The translations under genes and the position numbers were made by a program. A DNA stretch of 64,000 nucleotides from IMG/VR virus record IMGVR_UViG_3300037484_000296, positions 1 through 64,000 of that record, one strand, 5' to 3'. Below, piece by piece: positions 1 through 9,168 of this stretch. Within the stretch, counting starts at the first letter, position 1. Each line of letters begins with the position of its first letter. The stretch is from a virus (lineage: Duplodnaviria > Caudoviricetes). Below the pieces are notes generated by a model. It searched no databases. It saw only the letters and a list, made by a program, of their open reading frames with translations, and was not told the origin of the DNA.

Positions 1-8
1 TTCACAAG

Positions 9-197
9 TTGGCTCATGAAATTGGCCCACAGGCAGAAATCCCAAAACTGCCCGAAAAGCCGCTGACGGAAAAACAGAAGCGGGCGCAAGTGGCTAGGGA
101 TTTTGAGCTGCTTGGGACGCGATGGGCGCTGTTTGAAATGATTGAGAAGAAATTTGCGGAAGCCGAGAAAGAGCATAAGAAGAAGGGGATGGTGTAG
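9..197 (+). CDS. hypothetical protein
   Basis: ORF co-oriented with and abutting the following gene run. Confidence 0.45.
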   Translation: MAHEIGPQAEIPKLPEKPLTEKQKRAQVARDFELLGTRWALFEMIEKKFAEAEKEHKKKGMV

Positions 198-201
198 CAA
201 C

Positions 202-465
202 ATGATAGCCGACGACATTGCAAGGATGCTCTACGATTTGCGACAGGAAATATATGATAGAAAAGCCAGCTATGCAGAACCACGCATGGTCATATATATC
301 GACAATGAAACATGGCGCAAGATGATATCTGAAATCAACGGGCCTGTTTCTCCGGCAGCAATGGGGTTATATGAATCCAAAGGAAAGGAACTATTAGGCT
401 GCCCTATTCATCGCGTTTTAACTGATGGGCATGGCATTAAAGTTTATGAAAATACGACAGAGTAA
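202..465 (+). CDS. hypothetical phage protein
   Basis: ORF 142..465; likely start ATG at 202 after a GGGGATGG purine tract. Confidence 0.55.
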   Translation: MIADDIARMLYDLRQEIYDRKASYAEPRMVIYIDNETWRKMISEINGPVSPAAMGLYESKGKELLGCPIHRVLTDGHGIKVYENTTE

Positions 466-622
466 GAAAAATTCTTGCAAGCGTAAGGTAAAGCATGAAA
501 CTCTTGAAGGCACTCAAACTGCGGCGCAAAAGATGCGCACCAAAACCAGGGATCTTAGAATAGTTGAATACGGATGCCCGTTTTGTGGTTTTTTCCATAT
601 AGGGCATGAGAAATATGTATAG
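425..622 (+). CDS. small Zn-finger-like phage protein
   Basis: Y-x-CPFCGFFHIGH C2H-type motif. Confidence 0.55.
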   Translation: MGMALKFMKIRQSKKNSCKRKVKHETLEGTQTAAQKMRTKTRDLRIVEYGCPFCGFFHIGHEKYV

Positions 623-640
623 CGGGAAGGGAATGGTGTA

Positions 641-919
641 GTGATGCAATTGTCTATTACGAGTTCAGTTAGTAAAGAAAGAATTAAAGGTACATGTGAG
701 CAATGGAAAAACTATGAGCGCTCGGAAATAGCGAGGCACTTTGCATACGATTTGGCGAATAAGCTACAAATAGATTCAAGTTGCATTATTTCCGAGACTA
801 ATGACGACGCAATGGTGACAATGCGCTATGAATTGCATGTTTTCACGCCGGAAGAATTGCGACGCTTAGTTCATGAAATTGAAGGTAAAATTCGGCTGGG
901 ATTGCCGATTATTTATTAA
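641..919 (+). CDS. hypothetical protein
   Basis: ORF with upstream purine-rich RBS, tightly packed. Confidence 0.55.
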   Translation: MMQLSITSSVSKERIKGTCEQWKNYERSEIARHFAYDLANKLQIDSSCIISETNDDAMVTMRYELHVFTPEELRRLVHEIEGKIRLGLPIIY

Positions 920-930
920 CGGAGGCCACA

Positions 931-1614
931 ATGTTATTTCACGGAGAACAAGCGCTTGACATAGCGCGGGGATTGGACAGAAACGGATTTTCGCAGGTCT
1001 ATATCGTCGGCAGGAACGCGGATATTGATACTGGATCGGAAGATATCTGGGACGGACAGGGAACGTATACGCCATTCTCGGTAGCAGGGGCGATATATAT
1101 TTCCAGTTCAAACAACGCCGATAACGCTACCGCCACAATCAACTATCTTGACAGCAACGGGGCCGCGCAAACGGTAGATAAGGCCATCGCTGGGCAAACA
1201 AAGACGGCGGTTGGAGTAACGGCATCGGCCATTAATCTTTCCTCCCTATCGGCGGCATGTGCGGGAGACGTTTACATTTACATCGACGACACGCTAACGG
1301 CGGGCGTTCCTGATACGGCGACAAAGATCCGGGCAAAGATCCTCGCCGGGAACCTTCAAACCTACATGGGGATTTACACTGTCCCGACCGGCTACGCGGC
1401 GGCGCTCGTGGAGTACAGCGGGACTCACTCCGGGATTCAGTTGTGGAGTGTCCCCGCAATCGGCGGCACGGCGGTCTGGAAGGAAGCCTTGAATGGCTAT
1501 CGTCAGTGTCCCCGGCCTATCGCAGTCGGCGAGATGATTAAATTCCGATACACAGCTACCGCCGACAATCAGGATGTGATGGTTTCGGCTACGCTGATTC
1601 TGAAAAAGATTTAA
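931..1614 (+). CDS. putative virion structural protein
   Basis: GGAGG RBS; G/T/A/S-rich beta-type composition; GRNADIDTGSEDIWD motif of a type seen in phage structural proteins. Confidence 0.55.
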   Translation: MLFHGEQALDIARGLDRNGFSQVYIVGRNADIDTGSEDIWDGQGTYTPFSVAGAIYISSSNNADNATATINYLDSNGAAQTVDKAIAGQTKTAVGVTASAINLSSLSAACAGDVYIYIDDTLTAGVPDTATKIRAKILAGNLQTYMGIYTVPTGYAAALVEYSGTHSGIQLWSVPAIGGTAVWKEALNGYRQCPRPIAVGEMIKFRYTATADNQDVMVSATLILKKI

Positions 1615-1635
1615 GAATTTTTAGGGGAGGGAGGA

Positions 1636-2040
1636 ATGGAAAGTCAATCGCAGCGCGGGGACCGCAGGAAGTTGAAGCACCTGTGGGTTGGAAAACGCAA
1701 GGAGTGCAGGGCGGCTTTGAAAATTTACACTCTGTTATTTTCGATGGTATTAATAGCCATACCGCTATTGGTTCTGGGAGATACGCCTGTCCCGGCAGCG
1801 GCGAATGATGGCGGCGTTTTCGGTCTGCATCCAGAACTGATAAAGCTGGCTTTCTACCTGCTATTTGGGCTGACAATATTTCTCCTGAACAAAACTCTTC
1901 GCAGGATAGATCAGAATCAGGCTATTTTGCATTCCAATCAGCGAGAACTTACTCGCGTCCTTACGCAATTGACCACAGCGCACAGCCTCAATCATGGACA
2001 GCCCATTGAAGCACCCAGGCTTGCAGGAGCGGGAGAATAA
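1636..2040 (+). CDS. membrane protein, holin-like
   Basis: Two hydrophobic segments followed by a short coiled coil. Confidence 0.45.
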   Translation: MESQSQRGDRRKLKHLWVGKRKECRAALKIYTLLFSMVLIAIPLLVLGDTPVPAAANDGGVFGLHPELIKLAFYLLFGLTIFLLNKTLRRIDQNQAILHSNQRELTRVLTQLTTAHSLNHGQPIEAPRLAGAGE

Positions 2041-3368
2041 TGAACACCTCCATACCAACAAGAAAATATACAACCGACCTGACATACGAGGAGCTTTCTG
2101 CGCTTGTCTCGGCTGCAAAGCTCAAGCAAGGCGCAAAATACCGATTCCCGTTTCAGACGCGGCATTTGATCCCGAATACCGCAGTCTACAATGTGGGACC
2201 GGTCGAATACCTGATTGCCGAAGCCGCAACTACATCTCAACTGTATTACAAAGTTATCTCTGAAAGTTACCCACGCGATGACATACGTTACAGCCTGACG
2301 GATTTAATGTCTCACAACAACGATAGCGGCGGTGTCGGGGCGGGAACAAAGGGATGTATATATTTTCGCCATGATACCATCCAGGATATTTATGCCGGAG
2401 AGGACTGGCGGGCAACGAAATATCGGTGGTGGGAAAGTTCGCCCGGTAGCGGAATATTTAATGTACGAACCGATAATGGCGGGGCGTATGTAGACCGCTA
2501 CACGTTTAACAATAGCGCTACAGCGGATTACTGCCGCATCATTCACATAGCTCCGTTTGCTGAATTAAATTACTCCGATCCGGAAAATTTGATAAAGTAT
2601 TTTTGTTTGGGCAATAACATTTTCGCGGGCGGGGTAACTCGTGTCGAGGCATTACAAGGATTCCAAGATAATTATTACGGAGCAGGCGCGTCAGATCTGC
2701 GATTTGGGTGGGGCGCGAACGCGCATGTAGTAGGAGAAAACGCAAACTCTAACATAATCGGCGACTGCTGCGCAAATATACGAGCCGGAAATAATTGGCA
2801 AGAGTGCATAATGATCTCCGAAAATAGTGATACTTACATCGGCGACGATGTGGGGTTTGTCACGTGGACGGAGGGAACGGAATCAACATATGTTCCGAGC
2901 GGCACGCAACGCTGCACTATCGATTTACCGGGGAAATTTCCCTATACCGGCAACCCTGCCGACAATATAGTTGTCGGGCAGGTTAATCAAACGGATAAAG
3001 TGGCGACACTTGCCGGGTCTACATTTTCAACCGAGGCCATCAACATTGTTGCTGGCAATATTGACTTGGAAAATTATATGTGGGCGGGGATTATAAATGT
3101 TGCCAGCGGGGGACTTAATTCAATCTCAGGAATGCCGGATTTCGACATTGAGATTCATCCTGTAGCTCCCCTGGTGGTAAGCCCAGTGGAGATGTCAGCC
3201 GTCAGCGCAAATGGTCAAATTGTAGACGATATTCACGCAGGGGCGGCATGGGCGTATTCGGCAAATTCCGCAGACTATTTTTCCGTGCGAAAGCAGACGA
3301 TAACAAACGGAAATGGAACTTTTACCATCGCCCGCGTAATTCTCGCAGTGGGTGGAGTGGCTGACTAG
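2040..3368 (+). CDS. putative tail fibre/spike-like protein
   Basis: 442 aa, N/G/S-rich beta-helix-like central region, coupled to upstream ORF. Confidence 0.5.
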   Translation: MNTSIPTRKYTTDLTYEELSALVSAAKLKQGAKYRFPFQTRHLIPNTAVYNVGPVEYLIAEAATTSQLYYKVISESYPRDDIRYSLTDLMSHNNDSGGVGAGTKGCIYFRHDTIQDIYAGEDWRATKYRWWESSPGSGIFNVRTDNGGAYVDRYTFNNSATADYCRIIHIAPFAELNYSDPENLIKYFCLGNNIFAGGVTRVEALQGFQDNYYGAGASDLRFGWGANAHVVGENANSNIIGDCCANIRAGNNWQECIMISENSDTYIGDDVGFVTWTEGTESTYVPSGTQRCTIDLPGKFPYTGNPADNIVVGQVNQTDKVATLAGSTFSTEAINIVAGNIDLENYMWAGIINVASGGLNSISGMPDFDIEIHPVAPLVVSPVEMSAVSANGQIVDDIHAGAAWAYSANSADYFSVRKQTITNGNGTFTIARVILAVGGVAD

Positions 3369-3392
3369 CTGTAATAAAGGAGAGCGCACAAA

Positions 3393-4133
3393 ATGGCGGT
3401 CAAAACAATAACAACCTCATATGACTCGGAAGTGACTCTTGTCATTACCGTGATTGACGATACATCCGGAGACATCCTGGACGATACCGATGGAGCGTTC
3501 CGTTCTGAGTTGACGGCAGCCTTGCCCACAGTGGCGCTGCTTGAGCACACTATTGCCAATGGTTTCGATACGGACATTCTCGGAAGGTACGAACGCTCTG
3601 AGAACCGAATACCATGGCCTGATGGGAATAAAACTGTCTTATTCCGGGAATCCGGATCAAGCACTGTGCTATTACAACAGGCCATGAGGACCGAAAATGA
3701 TATTGAGGTAGAGTATGCCCTGACCGGGACTTTAGCCGCAGGCGTAACGGTAACAGTAAATCCAACACAGGTAGGGAAGGGAGTGCTTACGCAACTGGTA
3801 ATTAAAACTAGCGGAGCTACCATCAAAGTCAAGCGTGGAGATGTGCATTATCGGGGGTTCAATCTTGGAGCGGATTTTTACAAGGCAAGCGCGAAATACT
3901 ATTTCTGTGCGAAACTCGTACAGACCGACGATAACAGCACGGCAATCGTAAATCGCGAAATGACCGTAACGGATGCGGCGAATTGCTCGATGAACATCAC
4001 GTTTACGTCCGCAGAACTGGCAACGGTAGCGATCTACTTCGCGGAAATAGAGCGTCGGGATTCAGATGGAACCAGCAACCCCCGGGCCTGCTGGGAAGGG
4101 AAGCTTGATATTTCGCAGGATACGAGGCAGTAA
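3393..4133 (+). CDS. virion protein with C-terminal BppU-N-like Ig-type domain
   Basis: AAGGAG RBS; C-terminal pattern IKVKRGD...YFAEIE...EGKLDI resembles BppU N-terminal domains. Confidence 0.45.
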   Translation: MAVKTITTSYDSEVTLVITVIDDTSGDILDDTDGAFRSELTAALPTVALLEHTIANGFDTDILGRYERSENRIPWPDGNKTVLFRESGSSTVLLQQAMRTENDIEVEYALTGTLAAGVTVTVNPTQVGKGVLTQLVIKTSGATIKVKRGDVHYRGFNLGADFYKASAKYYFCAKLVQTDDNSTAIVNREMTVTDAANCSMNITFTSAELATVAIYFAEIERRDSDGTSNPRACWEGKLDISQDTRQ

Positions 4134-4150
4134 ATTAGAAAGGACGGAAC

Positions 4151-4745
4151 ATGAGAGCACAACTTGCCTTCTGGACTACAACTGCAATATTTACTATCCC
4201 TGTGGTGAAACTTCTTTGCATGTTAAATCCTGAAGGGCCAATAGGCGTACTATCTATCGGCGACGCACTAGCTATCGGAACAGCGTCAGCGATGATATCG
4301 TTTCTTTTTGTTCGCGAGGTATTTAGAAAGTAATGTCTGACGGAAAACCATTAAGCATTATCGAATACTACGACCGGACAAAATGGGTGATTGTCGTGTG
4401 CTATCGGCTTTACAAGAAGCGGTACACGGGGCCGGTGATATTCAACTTTCACAGGGGCGATGTGTCTAGGAAGGCCCATGCTTACCGGGAGATTATTGAA
4501 GAGAAGATGGAGTAATTCTGATGAAGGGAATAACTGTTTACGGGTACAAAGCGATCAGATTGCCAGGGGACGGAGGCGATAGAACGATTAGTGATCTTGT
4601 GTACGAATTAATTGATTTGCTTATAGACGAATTAATAATGCAAGGGGCTAAGGTTGCGGAGTGGGATAACAGTGGGAATAAAATTGCGGAGTGGCAATGG
4701 GATAACCAGAAAGGGGCGATAGTTGAAATTTCAATTAACCAATGA
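4151..4745 (+). other. three small hypothetical CDS (4151-4333 membrane peptide; 4333-4515; 4521-4745)
   Basis: Abutting/overlapping ORFs in the ORF track. Confidence 0.5.
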
Positions 4746-5415
4746 GGCATTAGAAAATTACACGACAAGCGGGTCAATGTTTGCAAAACATGGTCCCGAG
4801 GAATTTGTGAAGTTTAATTTCATCTCTGTTGACTCAAGCGGCGTTCAAACGACTGTAATTATGAAATGTGACGACATACCAGTGGCAACCTTGGACCTTC
4901 GCAAGGCAGAGATTGTGTATCTTAGTGGTTTTGACGGAAGGATGCCTATTTCTGTCGTGCAAGAGCAGGGCGAAAAAACGTCCAGTAAAGGGAATAACAT
5001 GGAACAATATCAAGAAAGAGTAGTTGAAGAAAAGAGAGAGTTAGGGGCTAGGAATAAAAAGCTCACGAGTTTTCTTATGTCAGAAAAATTTTATACTCTT
5101 TCTAAAGCAGACCAGAGACTTTTGAACCGCCAACATATGATTATGTGTCAATACGAGGACGTTCTTGAAGAGCGGATCGAAGCGTTTCCGAAAGAAAAGA
5201 AATTGAAAAATTTTGAGGCATTCAACACGGAAGGTCGGGAGAAATATTATACTTTCATGCATAAAAGCAATGAGCCACGTCCTAATGGGATTGAATGCCC
5301 AAACTGCAAGCATGAGCTTGTAGATTCATCTCCGAGATACACAATGTCCAGTATCCCGCCTCAAAAATATGTGCATTGTCCGCAATGCGGCTATAAGGGA
5401 TACAGGGTAGCATGA
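4723..5415 (+). CDS. hypothetical protein with crAss001_48-like helical segment and C-terminal Zn ribbon (start uncertain)
   Basis: MEQYQERVVEEKREL...LNRQ...M.QY..VL.ERI pattern; CPNC...CPQC. Confidence 0.55.
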   Translation: MKFQLTNEALENYTTSGSMFAKHGPEEFVKFNFISVDSSGVQTTVIMKCDDIPVATLDLRKAEIVYLSGFDGRMPISVVQEQGEKTSSKGNNMEQYQERVVEEKRELGARNKKLTSFLMSEKFYTLSKADQRLLNRQHMIMCQYEDVLEERIEAFPKEKKLKNFEAFNTEGREKYYTFMHKSNEPRPNGIECPNCKHELVDSSPRYTMSSIPPQKYVHCPQCGYKGYRVA

Positions 5416-6013
5416 TAAGCGCAGGCACCGCAGAAGACTTTCCCGGATTAAGCCAACGGTGGTCGTGGCATTTTGGGGACGGCGCAGAGCAACCAGCGGG
5501 GACATATAATTACCCTGACCCTGGGATTTATCTTTTCGGCAATGGCGAGAAGTTGGTAGTCAATAAAAAGACCACAAGATATCTTAATCGCAGAATTAAG
5601 AGGTTAAGGAGGCAGGCAATCAAGATGCAAGCGCGGAGAACGGCAGAATGGATTGACGGTGAAATTTTAAAAGGGTTCACTGATTTTGTTTCAAGGTATC
5701 TTTCTGAGGAAAAATCATGCAAATAGAATCATTCACGCTTACCGGGAGTGGGGAGAGAATTAGACATGCGGGAGAGCCGCTTTCGAAAACCAATATAACT
5801 CAGTATATCGCTGAATGCGAGCAGGAGCTTGTGGCGCATGATACGTCCAGAGAAGATAAATGGTTTGTAATTTCTCCAAATATGCTTAGACTGATTAAGT
5901 TCGGCCCAACATTAGCAGAAAGAGAATCATGGATCAGGTCAAAGGCGTATCGCCTCAAGTTGCGCGGCGGGGCGCGGAAGGCGTATATCCGCAGCCGGAG
6001 AAATAGCAGATAG
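5412..6013 (+). other. two hypothetical CDS (5412-5726; 5717-6013)
   Basis: Overlapping start/stop coupling. Confidence 0.5.
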
Positions 6014-6024
6014 GCAAAAATAAG

Positions 6025-6064
6025 TTGACTAGTCCATTTATGACTGATACAATAGAAGTATAGA
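6025..6064 (+). promoter_or_regulatory. sigma70-type promoter upstream of tRNA-Met and head genes
   Basis: TTGACT (6025-30), 17 bp, TACAAT (6048-53); spacer holds AGTC-N7-GACT inverted repeat. Confidence 0.75.
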
Positions 6065-6071
6065 AATAAAT

Positions 6072-6145
6072 TGCGGGAGGGAGGTAGGAATCTCACTCGG
6101 CCTCATAAGCCGAAGCAAGCCGCTCGATCCGGCGTCCCGCTACCA
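6072..6145 (+). tRNA. tRNA-Met(CAT), divergent initiator-like
   Basis: Cloverleaf with anticodon arm TCGGC-CTCATAA-GCCGA, GCGGGA/TCCCGC acceptor, encoded CCA. Confidence 0.75.
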
Positions 6146-6180
6146 AAACTGAATAAGCACTGGCATTACTGAGTATTAAG

Positions 6181-6236
6181 GCCGAATTCTCGAACGGGTG
6201 ACGTTATGCGTCATTCGCGGGGGTTCGGCTTTTTTT
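6181..6236 (+). terminator. intrinsic terminator-like hairpin 1
   Basis: GCCGAA...TTCGGC long stem followed by T7. Confidence 0.65.
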
Positions 6237-6290
6237 GTTTGTTCTTTCTCAACTGAATAGCAACAAGCCACCAACCGTAGTAAGCATACG

Positions 6291-6338
6291 AAGGGCTGTC
6301 TGGAATCCGTAATTGGATCTCCGGGCAGCCCTTTTTTT
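6291..6338 (+). terminator. intrinsic terminator-like hairpin 2
   Basis: AAGGGCTGTCTGGA...TCCGGGCAGCCCTT stem followed by T run. Confidence 0.75.
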
Positions 6339-6431
6339 GTTTCTACCCGACCAATCGGTCCTCCGACTCGGGAGAAACCAGTTTTGCGGAAAACCCGTTC
6401 AACGGACTCCGCACCAGCGACCAATCCATAA

Positions 6432-7526
6432 ATGGACTCGCAAAGAAAGGAACAAGTCATGAGCGACAAAAACGAAAAATCCGCAGTACCGCAGGACGTG
6501 GCACAGCAGAAAGAGGATGCGTACAAGATGCTGGAAGACTTTAAAAAAGTCCCAGAGAATACCGGAGAACCTACTCCGACTCCCCCGGTAGCACCGGCAG
6601 CGCCCCCCGCAGAACCTCCGAAGCCTGAAGATGGAAAACCGGCACCTGAGCCGACTCCCGAACCCGCGGAAGTGGAAACGTTGAAGCAGCAGAACGCGCA
6701 ACTGCTCGATCTTGTCTCTGACCTGAGAAAAGCGCTTTCCGAAGAGAACAACGATACCTGGAAGCACAAGTACGACGTCCTCAACGGAATGATAAAAGCT
6801 AAGGGTCCGAGAGACGCATTGCAGATGAAAGAACTCAAGGCCGAAGTGGAACGGCTGAAAACTGAACTGGCGGCAAAGCCCGCAGCTTCTCAATCAGACA
6901 ATGCTCCACTGACCGAGGAAGAACAGGCGTTCAGGGATGAAATGGGGATTGAAGACTCAACTTTCAGGCGCATGAAAAAGTTGTTCGCCCCCCCTGTTCA
7001 GCCCGCAGCCGCTACAGCAAAACAGCCCGAACCCGAACCGGAGCCCGAACTTGAACCAGAACCGGCCCCGGCGGCAACCCAAGGTGAAGAGAAAAAAGTT
7101 GATTTGGGGACCAGGGCATTTCTGCTACAGCTCAGTTCTTTAGCTCCCGGATGGGATAAGGCGGTGAACAGTGAAGGTTTCAAAACATTCATTGTTCAAA
7201 ACCGGATCTTCTACGACGCCTTGAAGAAAGCCACTGATAACCGAGACGCCGAGAAAACTGCTGAAGTCTACAACTACTACTTCAAATCTGCGATACCTGC
7301 GCCAGTAGCACAAGTGCCCAAGGAAGAAAAACCAAGCCGGGAAGCGGCACCGTCCTCATCTAAGGGCGGCAGTTCGTTGCCGGAACAAAAACAAAAATGG
7401 ACTGTGGAGCGGGTAAGACAGTTTGACGATGATGTACGAACGGGAAAAATTCCAATCGGTTCTGAGGAATACAAAAAACTCAAAGCAGAAAGGGATGAAT
7501 CCTTGTCGATAATAAACATCCGATAA
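6432..7526 (+). CDS. capsid scaffolding protein
   Basis: Pro/Glu-rich, coiled coil, directly upstream of capsid gene. Confidence 0.7.
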   Translation: MDSQRKEQVMSDKNEKSAVPQDVAQQKEDAYKMLEDFKKVPENTGEPTPTPPVAPAAPPAEPPKPEDGKPAPEPTPEPAEVETLKQQNAQLLDLVSDLRKALSEENNDTWKHKYDVLNGMIKAKGPRDALQMKELKAEVERLKTELAAKPAASQSDNAPLTEEEQAFRDEMGIEDSTFRRMKKLFAPPVQPAAATAKQPEPEPEPELEPEPAPAATQGEEKKVDLGTRAFLLQLSSLAPGWDKAVNSEGFKTFIVQNRIFYDALKKATDNRDAEKTAEVYNYYFKSAIPAPVAQVPKEEKPSREAAPSSSKGGSSLPEQKQKWTVERVRQFDDDVRTGKIPIGSEEYKKLKAERDESLSIINIR

Positions 7527-7563
7527 CTGACAGTCTCCTCCATAGCCACAGGAGGAAACTACC

Positions 7564-8577
7564 ATGTACGAAGTTATTGCAATATTGCTGTCCCTGATGT
7601 TCGGCACGGGAATTGTGCTGACATTGGGGCTGAAACTTAATCAGTCCGGCATTGTCGGTCACGCCGCTGACTACCCTGATTACTCGACCGACGATGTAAA
7701 CAAACTGATCCCGATTCTTTTTGCAGGCGAGTCTCGGGAAAACCTGTATGCCCGGACGTGCTTGACCGACATTACGAATACTCGGTTCACCGGCGATATC
7801 AAAAATTTAGGAGATCGCGTAGAAATCCCGACCGATCCCAACGTAACGATCAGTGATTACGTTCGCGGGCAGCTTCTGGATGTTGAGTACCTTGAATCTC
7901 CGGCAATCACGTACACCGTAGATTATGCGAAGTCCTTCAATTTCGCGGTGGACGATATTGACCAGAAACAATTCAAAATCAAGGACTGGGTCGCCCGGTT
8001 CGGAGCTATCGCGGCTCGTGACGTTAAGAACGCCATCGAGTCTCATTTTCTCTCGCTCGTTTACGCCGATGCGGATACCACGACTTCAGGCGCTACGGCA
8101 GGCGCGGACGCCAATATCAACCTCGGCATCACCGGCACCCCGGTAAGCCTGACCTCGACGACCGTAACGGATTACATCGCGGATTGTGCGCAGACCCTTA
8201 CGGACAACAACGTTCCAGAGGAAGACCGCTGGATGGTCATTCCGCCCTTCATGCACACGTTGTTAATGAAGTCTGAGTTCAAGGACGCGGCGGCAATGGG
8301 CACCGGAGAGAGTGCAATGCTCAAAAAGCGCACTGTGGGCATGATTCATGGCTTTCAAATGTACATCTCCACGCTTCTGACCAAGGATGCCGGAACGGCC
8401 AACTATCACATGATATTCGGCAACAAGATGGCAACCAGTTTTGTGAGCCAGTTCGTGAAGGTAGAGAAGTACCGTCCCGAACGCGCATTCTCGGATGCGA
8501 TGAAGGGCCTGAACGTCTACGGATTCAAGACCATTCAGGAACTCGCACTCGGTCACGGCGTAGTCGCCAAGGGCTAA
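7564..8577 (+). CDS. major capsid protein
   Basis: 337 aa after scaffold; DITNTRFTGDIKNLGDRVEIP and GLNVYGFKTI motifs typical of podovirus-type coat proteins; strong GGAGG RBS; hairpin after stop. Confidence 0.85.
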   Translation: MYEVIAILLSLMFGTGIVLTLGLKLNQSGIVGHAADYPDYSTDDVNKLIPILFAGESRENLYARTCLTDITNTRFTGDIKNLGDRVEIPTDPNVTISDYVRGQLLDVEYLESPAITYTVDYAKSFNFAVDDIDQKQFKIKDWVARFGAIAARDVKNAIESHFLSLVYADADTTTSGATAGADANINLGITGTPVSLTSTTVTDYIADCAQTLTDNNVPEEDRWMVIPPFMHTLLMKSEFKDAAAMGTGESAMLKKRTVGMIHGFQMYISTLLTKDAGTANYHMIFGNKMATSFVSQFVKVEKYRPERAFSDAMKGLNVYGFKTIQELALGHGVVAKG

Positions 8578-8644
8578 TAACCCTCGGTAATTGATCAAAC
8601 CCCGGCCCCTGTTTATTCAGGGGCCATAGTTTAGGAGGTTTCAA

Positions 8645-9100
8645 ATGGCAACTCAAGATCTTACGGGCGAAGGCGCATTGCTCGGCAAAAAGCCCTATAA
8701 CGGCATCAACAGAATATACGTCAAGAAAGCGGTGATCGACCTCACGGGCGCGCTGCCTGATGCGGACGGAGAAGTATACCAAGTCCTCGCTATCCCGGCT
8801 GAAACGCTGGTATTGCAGACCAAATGTAAAATCATCACCGCCTCGACAGCGACGACCTACGCAATGGATTTCGGAGACGGATCGGGCGCGAATTCATGGG
8901 ACAACGATGTGAACATGAAGGCTGCAGCCGGCACGTGGACCGAGTCCACGGTAGGCACCGATGCGTATGCGGTAGCGGCCTCAATGGGCAAGTTTTACAG
9001 CGCTGCCGATTCCATTGATGCGGTAATCGACGCCACGACCACCCAGGACGGGCTCGGCCCGAAGTTCGAAGTATCGGCCCTGTGCGTGGACTACAGCTAA
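8645..9100 (+). CDS. head decoration/minor capsid protein
   Basis: Position after capsid gene, AGGAGG RBS, beta-rich 151 aa. Confidence 0.55.
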   Translation: MATQDLTGEGALLGKKPYNGINRIYVKKAVIDLTGALPDADGEVYQVLAIPAETLVLQTKCKIITASTATTYAMDFGDGSGANSWDNDVNMKAAAGTWTESTVGTDAYAVAASMGKFYSAADSIDAVIDATTTQDGLGPKFEVSALCVDYS

Positions 9101-9168
9101 CCATTAACCCACACGGCGGGGCCTAAAAACCCCGCCGGATCTCGAAGTTGGAGTACAGGAGATTTTAA

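Noticed and set aside
6176-6838. Long antisense ORFs (for example 6176-6838, 3365-3832, 53575-54147, 27138-27644)
   Set aside because: They are shadows of well-supported genes on the opposite strand, without RBS or recognisable motifs
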